Origin: Euryarchaeota archaeon UBA486
GTDB taxonomy: Archaea; Thermoplasmatota; Poseidoniia; Poseidoniales; Poseidoniaceae
DNA: 63,600 bases
Assembly: GCA_002497765.1 (NCBI GenBank)
Contig: DAET01000045.1
Coordinates: 36,326-99,925, forward strand
Reading direction: 5' to 3'
Below are positions 40,524-49,176 of this stretch, piece by piece. The notes beneath the pieces are model-generated. The model ran no database searches. It saw nothing but the letters and a program-made list of their open reading frames with translations, and had not been told where the DNA came from. Numbering within the stretch: the stretch's first letter is position 1; the number at the start of each line of letters is the position of its first letter. A program made the position numbers and the translations under genes.

Positions 40524-43436
40524 GTGCATCGGTGGTTCGTGGTACTGCTTCTGCTGGTGCTCGCACCGTTTTCAGTGATGGTGGAAGCGACCGAAGGCCG
40601 TTCCACGGTGATCACCCTTGAGCTCCAACGGCATGACTGGACTTCCGATGAGGTTGTCGAACTTGACCTCCGACTGCGCAACGCACCGTTCAACGAACAA
40701 CTTCGGGCCGAATGGCTGTTGAGTGACCAACAAGGGGACCTCTTGAATGGAACATTGCGGTTTGGCGCCACCGGGACCTTCACGGTGATCGATCTTGACC
40801 TTTCAGCGTTTTACCGTGGGTCGCACTTTCACAAGCTTGAGGTCCTGGTGTACGACTCATCCGACGCCCTGTTGGGTACTGCTGATGTTGAATTTGTGGT
40901 CTTTCAGCAGGTGAAAATGGTCAACGCCGGTTCACTGCTTGCGTTTGGCGATTCTCTCTCCGATATGGGGAATGCCAAAGCGTCCATCCTCAACACACCC
41001 GATGTACCTCCGTACTGGCAAGGACGATTTTCCAACGGGGAGGTGTGGCTTGGTGGCTTGTACGATGCCTATGGTCTGACCAGCAGCATTGGGTCAGGAT
41101 TGGCCTCGACTGGGTCAAATCGCGCCTTCGGAGGTGCACAAACAGGCTCAGGCTACGCCTACTTGCTCATCCCCAATGTCGGGACGCAAATCACAAGTTA
41201 CCTCGCCAACGTTCAGGCTTCGATACCGAGCAATGCCGTCGTGAGTCTGTGGGCAGGTGGAAACGATTTCTTGTACGGTTCAGCGAACGCTGACACCATC
41301 GCCACCAACATGGAGGCTCACATTCGACAGCTCGCTGGAGCGGGCGCACGCACGTTCGTCATCCCCAACTTACCGCCCCTCGAAGACACCCCCGAAATCC
41401 AAGGGCGCTCAGCCTCTCAACAGACCACGATTCGTAACGAAGTCATCGACTACAACAACCAACTGGCCACCATCATTGTCAACTTGAGAGCCGAGTTGGG
41501 CATCACCGTTCACGCAGTGGACGCATGGTCCATTTTTGGCGATATCACTGACAACAAACAAGCCCTCGGGCTCACCAATGTGCAGGATGCAGCGTGCTCG
41601 GGAGGAAGCACCCTTCTGCCCCTCCCGATTTGCAACAGTGGAAGTTCAATTGCTTCCAACGTGGATGAATACGTGTTCTTTGACAAAGCACATCCAACGC
41701 GAGTGATGCACGACATCATCGCCCGATATGCCATCGAAGCCGTGGGAGAAGCAGATACTGATGGTGACGGCGTGGTCGACACCAGCGACGGATGCGATTG
41801 GACGCCAACCGATGAACAAGCCGATGCAAGCGGTTGCGCGTGGAGTCAACGAGACGACGACTCAGACGGTGTGGTGAACGGTCTGGACACCTGCCCGGGC
41901 ACCATCGAAGGTCAATCGGTGGATGCGGACGGTTGCTCGACTTCACAACGAGATTCCGATGGGGATGGTCTGAACGATGCGTTGGACCCATGCCCGTTCA
42001 GTCCCAACGCGTTTGACCATGACGGCGACGGTTGTGCCGATGCTGAGGACAACGATGACGATAACGACGGCGTTCCCGACGAGGTGGATGCTTGCCCTCA
42101 AGGCCTGCTGAATCCTCACCAAGCAGACTTGGACGGTGATGGTTGTGCCGATGCAGAGGACAATGATGTCGACGGTGACGGTCTTTCCAACAACGACGAA
42201 TCCAACGCCAACACCGACCCGAGAGACGAGGATACGGATGATGATACATGGCTGGATGGCGAGGATGCCTTCCCCCTCGACGCCACGGAATGGAAGGACA
42301 CGGACCGAGACGGGTGCGGTGACAACGCGGACCGTTTCCCGTTTGATCCGAGTGAGTGCAATGATGCAGATGAAGACGGGTACGGTGACAACGGAGACGC
42401 GTTCCCGACCGACGACACCGAGTGGAGCGACTTGGACAGCGATGGCGTGGGTGATAATGCCGATGCTTGCCTGTTGGAGTACGGATTGTCAGTCGCCCCT
42501 CCTGGCTGCCCCGACAGGGACGGTGACGGTTACGCCAACACAAACGATGCCTTCCCCAACGACCCGACGGAGTGGTCGGACAGCGACGGCGATGGCTACG
42601 GCGACAACACCGACCTGTTCCCTTCAGATTCCTCGGACTGGGCCGACCAAGACAACGATTCGTACGGCGACAACCGTGATGCGTTCCCGTTTGACCCGAC
42701 CGAATGGAACGATACTGATGGCGAGGGCGTGGGTGATAACAGCGACCGTTTCCCCTCCGATGCTTCGGAATGGAACGACACCGATGATGACGGGTGCGGC
42801 GACAACAGCGATGTCTTCCCCCTTGATCCGGAGGAGTGTTATGATTCGGATTTTGACGGTGTTGGCGATGAGGCGGACGTGTTTCCAAACGATGCCCGAG
42901 AGTCGCAGGATTCCGATGGCGACGGTATAGGGGACGTTGCCGACCGCTTCCCGGACGATCCAAACGCCGCCTTCGACTCAGACGGTGATGGCGTGGCCGA
43001 CGCCTACGATGCGTTCCCTGAGAGTGCAACGTTTTCCTCGTGGTTGGGCATGCTGAGTTGGTTGGGTGCCATGTTGGTTCTCTTCGGCGGTGCAGCAGTC
43101 ATCTACGGGCGGCGTCAAGCACAGCACCCTGATTCATTGATGGACCATGAAGCCGAACAATGGGGCTTTGAGCCCTCCAATCGGCCGACGAGTCCTCCAA
43201 CCTTTGCATCATCCGTTCCTCCTTGGCCAACCGAGACGCCAGAGGTCCAACCATTCCATCAGCCGGCGACATCCGGCCATGTGCCCCCTCATTCCACTCC
43301 TCTCCCGGCAGAACAACCGCCCGAGGTGGAGCAGACAATCCCCCAAATGCCCGATGATGTCGCCACGACGGTGGATGACGCAGGCCTCGCCGACGCTTGG
43401 GATGCGTTGGATGCTGGCTGGTCTGATTCAAATTGA
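40524..43436 (+). CDS. Type-I anchored surface protein D: signal peptide, beta-sandwich, GDSL/SGNH lipase-esterase domain, long acidic Ca-binding (TSP3-like) repeat array, TM, Pro-rich tail
   Basis: Track ORF starts at ATG 40437, which overlaps the divergent hydrolase start. The in-frame GTG at 40524 gives (M)HRWFVVLLLLVLAPFSVMVEA, a clean signal peptide. GDSL block I is LLAFGDSLSDMGN, block III WAGGNDF, block V FFDKAHPT. Then come Dx[DN]xDGxxDxxD repeats. TM WLGAMLVLFGGAAVIYG. Confidence 0.8.
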   Translation: MHRWFVVLLLLVLAPFSVMVEATEGRSTVITLELQRHDWTSDEVVELDLRLRNAPFNEQLRAEWLLSDQQGDLLNGTLRFGATGTFTVIDLDLSAFYRGSHFHKLEVLVYDSSDALLGTADVEFVVFQQVKMVNAGSLLAFGDSLSDMGNAKASILNTPDVPPYWQGRFSNGEVWLGGLYDAYGLTSSIGSGLASTGSNRAFGGAQTGSGYAYLLIPNVGTQITSYLANVQASIPSNAVVSLWAGGNDFLYGSANADTIATNMEAHIRQLAGAGARTFVIPNLPPLEDTPEIQGRSASQQTTIRNEVIDYNNQLATIIVNLRAELGITVHAVDAWSIFGDITDNKQALGLTNVQDAACSGGSTLLPLPICNSGSSIASNVDEYVFFDKAHPTRVMHDIIARYAIEAVGEADTDGDGVVDTSDGCDWTPTDEQADASGCAWSQRDDDSDGVVNGLDTCPGTIEGQSVDADGCSTSQRDSDGDGLNDALDPCPFSPNAFDHDGDGCADAEDNDDDNDGVPDEVDACPQGLLNPHQADLDGDGCADAEDNDVDGDGLSNNDESNANTDPRDEDTDDDTWLDGEDAFPLDATEWKDTDRDGCGDNADRFPFDPSECNDADEDGYGDNGDAFPTDDTEWSDLDSDGVGDNADACLLEYGLSVAPPGCPDRDGDGYANTNDAFPNDPTEWSDSDGDGYGDNTDLFPSDSSDWADQDNDSYGDNRDAFPFDPTEWNDTDGEGVGDNSDRFPSDASEWNDTDDDGCGDNSDVFPLDPEECYDSDFDGVGDEADVFPNDARESQDSDGDGIGDVADRFPDDPNAAFDSDGDGVADAYDAFPESATFSSWLGMLSWLGAMLVLFGGAAVIYGRRQAQHPDSLMDHEAEQWGFEPSNRPTSPPTFASSVPPWPTETPEVQPFHQPATSGHVPPHSTPLPAEQPPEVEQTIPQMPDDVATTVDDAGLADAWDALDAGWSDSN
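42252..43022 (+). repeat. ~11-12 tandem 20-23-aa acidic repeats (D-x-D-G-x-G-D-N-x-D-x-F-P-x-D-x-[ST]-E-W-x-D), thrombospondin-type-3-like Ca-binding motifs
   Basis: Examples: DTDRDGCGDNADRFPFDPSECND, ADEDGYGDNGDAFPTDDTEWSD, LDSDGVGDNADA, RDGDGYANTNDAFPNDPTEWSD, SDGDGYGDNTDLFPSDSSDWAD, QDNDSYGDNRDAFPFDPTEWND, TDGEGVGDNSDRFPSDASEWND, TDDDGCGDNSDVFPLDPEECYD, SDFDGVGDEADVFPNDARESQD, SDGDGIGDVADRFPDDPNAAFD, SDGDGVADAYDAFPE. Looser Cys-containing variants precede them (41748-42250). Confidence 0.75.
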
Positions 43437-43489
43437 ATGTCCCACGCTGAAGGCAGCGGCTGAAGTTGCCGTTGATGTTTCCGGCGCTT

Positions 43490-44896
43490 TCAGGGGCAGT
43501 ATCGACGAAGATCGCGTGGAAAGAGGACCGTTTCACGGACGTTCTTCGCTCCTGTCAGCTTCATCAAAATCCGCTCAACGCCGAGTCCCCAGCCCGCATG
43601 GGGCGGGACGCCATGGCGGAATCCAGCGACGTAGAATTCGAATTCTTCTGGGTCGAGGTCCATCGTTCGGAGGTTCTCGACGAGCACGTCAATGCGATGT
43701 TCCCGCTGACCGCCAGAGGTCATCTCGTCCCTGCCAAAGTTGAGGTCAAAGCCACGGGAGAGTTGTTCGCCCGTGCTTCCGATCTCACCTTCGATTTGGT
43801 GGATGTAGAACGGCTTCAGGGACATGGGCCATCGTGGGAGGAAGTAGAACTGAGGCAAATCTTCGGCCAGCAGGTCCGAGTTCTCAGCGTCAATGTCATC
43901 GCCCCACTCAATGGTGCCGCCTTTTTCCTTGATGATGCGAATGGCATCGTCGTACTCGACACGCGGGAACGGAAGTTCTGGGACGATCACCTCCACCGGC
44001 TCCTCACCTTGCTCGGCACGGTAGGCGTTGATGGTGGCGATGAGGGCTTGGGATTCTTCCTCTTCTGCCACTGACTTCCAAATGTGGTGGAGCATGCGCT
44101 CAAGGACACCCATCACGTCGTCGTCGTTGGCCCACGAACACTCGATGTCAAACGAGATGAATTCTGCAAGGTGGCGGTAGGTGTCGCTCTTTTCTGCACG
44201 GAATGCTGGACCGATTTCAAACACCCGCTCAAGGCCACCGCTCATGCAGAGTTGCTTGAACAACTGAGGCGACTGGTTGAGGAAGGCAGGGCGGTCAAAG
44301 TACTGCATGGGAAACAGGTCAGCGCCGCCCTCGGTGGCGGTGGCGACGATCTTTGGCGTATGGGTTTCGAGGAATCCTTCGGAAATGAGGTGTTCTCGAC
44401 CGAACTGGAGGACCTTGCCTCGGAGGCGGAACATGGCGTTCACGTGCGCTCTTCGCAAGTCAAGGAATCGGTTATCGAGTCGTGTGTCCAACTCCACCTT
44501 CACGGTGTCCGTGACACCCAACGGCAGCGGTGCTTCGGCACGGGCGATGACGTTAACCGAGGTCGCCAGTACTTCATACGCTGGCGGCGGTGTGGGCTCG
44601 CCTTCCTTGACCTTGGGCGGACGCTTGAGGGCCACGGTGCCGGTGAACTGAAGGGTGGATTCTCGGGTCATGCGCTGGACTGTGTCGAGGGCCTCTTCGC
44701 CCACGTTGTCCGCCTTGAGGAACACTTGAGCCGCTCCCGTTCCGTCTCGAAGGTCAACGAAGCAGATGGCGCCCTTCCCTCGATTGGCTTCCATGAAGCC
44801 GATGACGGTCACTTCGGTGTCGACGAGGTCGGCTCCGTTGGCTTGGAGTTCGCCGAGGGTGTGGGTTCGGTATGCGGTGGGGACCCAAGTGGTCAT
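43490..44896 (-). CDS. aspS: Aspartate--tRNA ligase (archaeal/eukaryal type)
   Basis: Track ORF 43490..45145 shortened to MTTWVPTAYRTHTLGEL. OB anticodon-binding domain, NQSPQLFKQ, class II motif 2 FRAEKSDTYRHLAEFISFDIE, GGQREHR, motif 3 GWGLGVERI. The 83-codon extension would overlap the divergent surface-protein gene. Confidence 0.9.
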   Translation of the reverse strand: MTTWVPTAYRTHTLGELQANGADLVDTEVTVIGFMEANRGKGAICFVDLRDGTGAAQVFLKADNVGEEALDTVQRMTRESTLQFTGTVALKRPPKVKEGEPTPPPAYEVLATSVNVIARAEAPLPLGVTDTVKVELDTRLDNRFLDLRRAHVNAMFRLRGKVLQFGREHLISEGFLETHTPKIVATATEGGADLFPMQYFDRPAFLNQSPQLFKQLCMSGGLERVFEIGPAFRAEKSDTYRHLAEFISFDIECSWANDDDVMGVLERMLHHIWKSVAEEEESQALIATINAYRAEQGEEPVEVIVPELPFPRVEYDDAIRIIKEKGGTIEWGDDIDAENSDLLAEDLPQFYFLPRWPMSLKPFYIHQIEGEIGSTGEQLSRGFDLNFGRDEMTSGGQREHRIDVLVENLRTMDLDPEEFEFYVAGFRHGVPPHAGWGLGVERILMKLTGAKNVRETVLFPRDLRRYCP

Positions 44897-45081
44897 GCCC
44901 GGTGGGCAGTGGCGAAGAACATGAAGCATTCGCTCCGTCCAGCACCCTATGGCGACCGCCGAACATTCACGGAATGAACACCAAACCTGCTCGCTGTTGG
45001 CCGCTTCAAGAGGGCAAAAGTCAGACGGTCGGAAGTGGGATGCTCCCGAAGTCTCTTGAACAGCGTCGCCTTGGTTGAGCC

Positions 45082-48000
45082 ATGTCCACCCGCGCTGGTC
45101 GTGCCGTGTGTTGTGTCCTCGTCCTCTTGATGATGAGCCTCTCACCCATGGTGGCGCCAGCGTCGGCGCATTCCTCCATCTTGTTGAGCGTCGATGTCCA
45201 ACACGCCGTCCTCGAGCCCGGTCAAAGCATCAACATCACCCTCTCCATCGAGAACAATGCGACGGCCATTGAGTCGTTCAATGTCAGCATCGACGAGGGT
45301 AACCTGGCTTCGGTGTGGACGGTCCTTCCCGTGGATGACACCGTCGACAACGTCTTCCCGACCTGGACCAAGAACACCACCTTGGTCGTGAGACTGGCCG
45401 AAGGCGCCACGGTGGCGGACAGCGGTTCGTTCACGGTCAACGTGACCGAACCGGACAGCGGCTCCACTTCCATGATTACCGTGTTGGTGTCCGTGGCGCC
45501 CGCCTACCATCCATCCCTGAGCGTGGACGGCTCGCCCCTCGTGAAGATCGGAGCGGGTGAAAGCACGGACATCGCGTTCACGGCCCACAACCTCGGAACA
45601 GTGACCGATACGTTCCTCCTCGACGTGGAAGTTCAACCCGACCTCGCATCATGGTGGGCCAACCACACCAACACCAGTACGAGCAACAATTCTGGGAATT
45701 CATCCGGCGGCGACCCCTCGGACAACAGCACCGGTAACGGCACGGGCTCAAACGGGACCAGCACCACCTCCCTCTCCGTCCTCATGATGGGCAACAGTTA
45801 CACGGGCGCCAACAACTTGGCCACGCTCGTTGACGGCATCATGGATGCTGACGGCTACAACGCCACCTTGGGTTCGCTGAACGGAGGTGGGATGAAACTG
45901 CCAGATCACTGGTCCAATGTGAACACCTCCGGCAACCAGTGGAACACCACGCTACGAGGGTCATCTTGGGATTACGTGGTGTTGCAAGACCAGAGTCAAG
46001 TTCCTTCGTTCTACTCGAGCAACAGCATGTGGCAAGACAGCAAGAATGCGTCCGTTTCCCTCAGTGATGCCATTGCTGACGCAGGCGGTGAAACGGTCCT
46101 GTTCATGACATGGGGCTACCGTGACGGCGACTCCCTGAACAGTTTCAACAACAACTTCACAACGATGCAGGAGCGGTTGACGGAAGGCTACACCCGCTAC
46201 GCAGAGAACATTTCCAATGCCGGCCACGCTGTCTGGATCGCACCGGTCGGCCTGGCGTTCAAAACCGTTCACGATGGCGTCGTCGCTGCAGGTGATGACC
46301 CCACGGCCTCGGGGAACCTGTTCTACGACCTCTACACCTCCGACGGCAGCCACCCATCGCTTTCAGGCTCTTACCTCGCTGCGTGCGTGTTCCACGCCAC
46401 GATGACGGGAGAAACCTGCGTGGGAAGCACCGATGCCGTGAACCTCAACGCCAACGTCAAATTGGCGCTTCAGCAGGCAGCCGACGACACCGTGTTCAAC
46501 CAAACCACAGGAATGTCATACTATCCATGGGAGGTCTCGGGCACTGCAGCCTTCGGTCTTGGGTCCTCTGTTCCGCAAGGTTGGTACATTCAATGGCAGG
46601 ACGACGAACTCTCCAACATCGCCGCCGGTGGCTCTGCTTCGGCGACCCTCTCCATCACCGTTCCATCGGACGCAGCCCCTGATTTCTACGGCTACCGACT
46701 GACGATTGGTTCCACCAACGGAAACATCACCTCGTCCACCGTCATGGTGGTGGAAGTTGAATCTGAGCCCTCGGTCTCCACCGCCTTCCTACGGCAGGAT
46801 GATGTCTTCCTGCCAGGCTCAAGCACGCTCACCGGTGTGCAGGTGGAGAACACAGGCAACACGGCGCTTGACATCGATTGGGCGTTGGTCGCTTCTGCTT
46901 CATCGGGAACACATCCTTGCACGGGATCGTTGGTTTCAGCCATGTCGACCGGGTTGGCGGCGGGTGGTGTCGAGGAAGTTGAGATGATCATTGATGTCGA
47001 CGAAAACGTCGACAGCACGGCCTCGTGTTCGTTCACCCTCACGGCCAGCCACAACGTGGATGGCGCAACCGAATCGCTGGATGTGTATGACTTCACGATT
47101 GAAGTGGACGAGGCTGTCAACTTCTCCCTTGCAGGTCCCCTCGCTGCGGTTGAAATCGTTCCAGCGGAAGGAGCCAACTACGAGGTTCGTTTGACCAACC
47201 ACGGAAGCGATGAGGCCACGTTCTTCCTTGACGTTGAAGGCTCGACTGGCCTGACCACCGTGCTCGTCAGTTCTTCAGGCATCACCGTGGCGGCAGGAGA
47301 AGTCGGCACGTGGACGGTGAACACCAAGGGTGATGCTTCCCTCTCCGGCATGCTTCAGCAGGCCTTCTCAACCTCATACAACGGCGAGACCGCTGCCCTT
47401 CAGGTGGATGTTCACTTGTTGGAGGTGGACGGTGCATCACTGCTCCCACCCAGCGAGGACCGTGTGCTCGTAGCACCCGGCGAATCCTCGACGATGGGAC
47501 TCACGCTTGTGAACGATGGGACCTCCAACCTGACGTTGCTCCCCACCCTTTCGGGCTTACCCGTCGGCGTGGACGTCGCCCACGAAATGAATGAGATTCC
47601 CCTTGCACCCGGTGCACAACAGGAACTCAACATCACCTTCTCCGCGACCACCGGTGCGACGCCTGCATCCTCCCCGGTGGTGCTCACCTACCAGGACGGG
47701 TTGTTCAGCATCTCGTACAGCTTTGATGTGGTGGTTATTGATCGGGAGGAAGTCGTGGTGAACAGCGTTCAACAGCGTATGTTTGCCAGTCCGCTGACGA
47801 CGTCCTCGATGAACGTTGAAGTGGTCAACCTGGGCACGGCGTCTGACCTTTTCCTCGTGGAATGGTCAACGGAAAGTCAGGGGAACTGGTTCGAATTTAC
47901 GGTCTCACCCACCTCGTTCCAACTCGCACCCGGTGCCTCGCAACAGGTCACCATCACCGTTCGTGAAGCTTCCACCGGTGCGCCGGACAACGGCGTGGTC

Positions 48001-49101
48001 TACACCCTGCGCAGCGTCTCAACCTCCAACGAAGCGGTGAGCGATGCCGTCAACATCACCATTGAGCCGGTGTTGGCAGGGGCGACCCTTGATGTCCGTG
48101 TCGACAAAGACGCTGCAGGGCCCGGTGAATCCGTGTTTGGCTCGGTTGTGCTGACCAACACGGGCAACACTGAGGACACGTTCAGCATCACCACCATCGG
48201 GGAAGATTGTGGTCTTGATGCTTCAGTCACGGTTGGTGCAGGCCTGTCTTCCGAGGCGCTCGGATGGTCGTGTGTTGTCGCCAACGATGCCGCAGCAGGC
48301 CAGCGTGGGGTGTCCTTCCGTGCCGTGAGTGCTGTACGCAGCAATGTTGCTGTTCAACAGGTTGCGCTCTACACCGTTGAGGTGGATTGGCCGGGCGATT
48401 CGCTTGTCGCCCTTTCGGTTTCGGAAGGACAGGTGTCGTTGGGTGTCGACAGTTCTACCTCGGTCATTCTCACGGTGAGCAACCTCGGCAACGCCGAAGT
48501 TTCAGGCACGCTGGACGCCTACGGACGGAACACCGGCCTCGTGCTGCTGGAATGGCAACGCATGAGCGATGATGTTGTGACGAGTGATTTCTCGTTGACG
48601 TCCGGCTCGAGCGTTGATTTCTTGCTGACCATCACTTCAAACACCGCTCGCAGTGCTACATCTGAAATCGTGGTGAGTGCAACCTCGACCGGCGGAGGCG
48701 TCTTGACCACCGATGAGTCGGTTCCCCTTCCAATTACCATTGAAGGGCCGGCCCTGCCGCCCAACGGCCTCTCGTTGCCGCTTGGCGTGGAAGTCAGTCA
48801 AACGGCGGCCCTCGGCGCCATGGGCGCTGGGTGGTTGTTGGCGATTGTTGCGATTCAACTCCTTCGCCGCCGTCCCCGTGGAGATGACGCATCGAGCGGC
48901 GAGGTTGACGATGAAGAAGAGGACGAGGTTGAAGAGGAAAAGGAGTTGCCTGAACTCGGCTACAACGAATGCCGATTGGACGGGGAATCCAAGGTCAACT
49001 GTCCAACCTGTGATGCTCGTCTGGGTGTTCCACGAGGGAGCACGCCGCCGTTCCGCTTCACCTGTCCCCAGTGCGAAAACAAGATTCGTGTGGTTGAGTG
49101 A
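45082..49101 (+). CDS. Type-I anchored surface protein E: signal peptide, CARDB/NEW3-like beta-sandwich domains, inserted SGNH-like esterase domain, TM, acidic tail ending in a zinc ribbon
   Basis: 1,339 aa. Signal VCCVLVLLMMSLSPMVAPASA. Many ~100-aa beta-sandwich units have the V.N.G......L pattern (FTAHNLGTVTDTFLLDVEV, VQVENTGNTALDIDW, VRLTNHGSDEATFFLDVEG, LTLVNDGTSNLTLLP, VEVVNLGTASDLFLVEW, VVLTNTGNTEDTFSITT, LTVSNLGNAEVSGTLD). The esterase-like insert is at aa 230-446. TM GAGWLLAIVAIQLL. Tail DDEEEDEVEEEKE...CPTCDARLGVPRGSTPPFRFTCPQCENKIRVVE. Confidence 0.8.
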   Translation: MSTRAGRAVCCVLVLLMMSLSPMVAPASAHSSILLSVDVQHAVLEPGQSINITLSIENNATAIESFNVSIDEGNLASVWTVLPVDDTVDNVFPTWTKNTTLVVRLAEGATVADSGSFTVNVTEPDSGSTSMITVLVSVAPAYHPSLSVDGSPLVKIGAGESTDIAFTAHNLGTVTDTFLLDVEVQPDLASWWANHTNTSTSNNSGNSSGGDPSDNSTGNGTGSNGTSTTSLSVLMMGNSYTGANNLATLVDGIMDADGYNATLGSLNGGGMKLPDHWSNVNTSGNQWNTTLRGSSWDYVVLQDQSQVPSFYSSNSMWQDSKNASVSLSDAIADAGGETVLFMTWGYRDGDSLNSFNNNFTTMQERLTEGYTRYAENISNAGHAVWIAPVGLAFKTVHDGVVAAGDDPTASGNLFYDLYTSDGSHPSLSGSYLAACVFHATMTGETCVGSTDAVNLNANVKLALQQAADDTVFNQTTGMSYYPWEVSGTAAFGLGSSVPQGWYIQWQDDELSNIAAGGSASATLSITVPSDAAPDFYGYRLTIGSTNGNITSSTVMVVEVESEPSVSTAFLRQDDVFLPGSSTLTGVQVENTGNTALDIDWALVASASSGTHPCTGSLVSAMSTGLAAGGVEEVEMIIDVDENVDSTASCSFTLTASHNVDGATESLDVYDFTIEVDEAVNFSLAGPLAAVEIVPAEGANYEVRLTNHGSDEATFFLDVEGSTGLTTVLVSSSGITVAAGEVGTWTVNTKGDASLSGMLQQAFSTSYNGETAALQVDVHLLEVDGASLLPPSEDRVLVAPGESSTMGLTLVNDGTSNLTLLPTLSGLPVGVDVAHEMNEIPLAPGAQQELNITFSATTGATPASSPVVLTYQDGLFSISYSFDVVVIDREEVVVNSVQQRMFASPLTTSSMNVEVVNLGTASDLFLVEWSTESQGNWFEFTVSPTSFQLAPGASQQVTITVREASTGAPDNGVVYTLRSVSTSNEAVSDAVNITIEPVLAGATLDVRVDKDAAGPGESVFGSVVLTNTGNTEDTFSITTIGEDCGLDASVTVGAGLSSEALGWSCVVANDAAAGQRGVSFRAVSAVRSNVAVQQVALYTVEVDWPGDSLVALSVSEGQVSLGVDSSTSVILTVSNLGNAEVSGTLDAYGRNTGLVLLEWQRMSDDVVTSDFSLTSGSSVDFLLTITSNTARSATSEIVVSATSTGGGVLTTDESVPLPITIEGPALPPNGLSLPLGVEVSQTAALGAMGAGWLLAIVAIQLLRRRPRGDDASSGEVDDEEEDEVEEEKELPELGYNECRLDGESKVNCPTCDARLGVPRGSTPPFRFTCPQCENKIRVVE

Positions 49102-49176
49102 TCGTCGGCGAACCAGCAGACAGCTGGAGGTTTTGCTCCGTAGAAAAGCGCCTCCTCAACCTCGGGTTTTGCCGCT

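Noticed and set aside
41998-43029. 343-aa minus ORF and 264-aa + ORF (42136..42930) across the TSP3-like repeat array
   Set aside because: These are alternative frames of a highly repetitive GAC/GAT-rich sequence. They give Arg/His/Pro- or Thr/Met-rich nonsense, and only the Asp-rich frame yields a known repeat type.
44084-44977. 297-aa + strand ORF opposite aspS
   Set aside because: The minus strand encodes a complete class II AspRS with motifs 2 and 3. The + product has no features.
44897-45145. 83-codon N-terminal extension of aspS overlapping the start of surface protein E
   Set aside because: Archaeal AspRS starts just before the RTH..GEL OB-fold region. The extension overlaps a divergent gene that has a good signal peptide.
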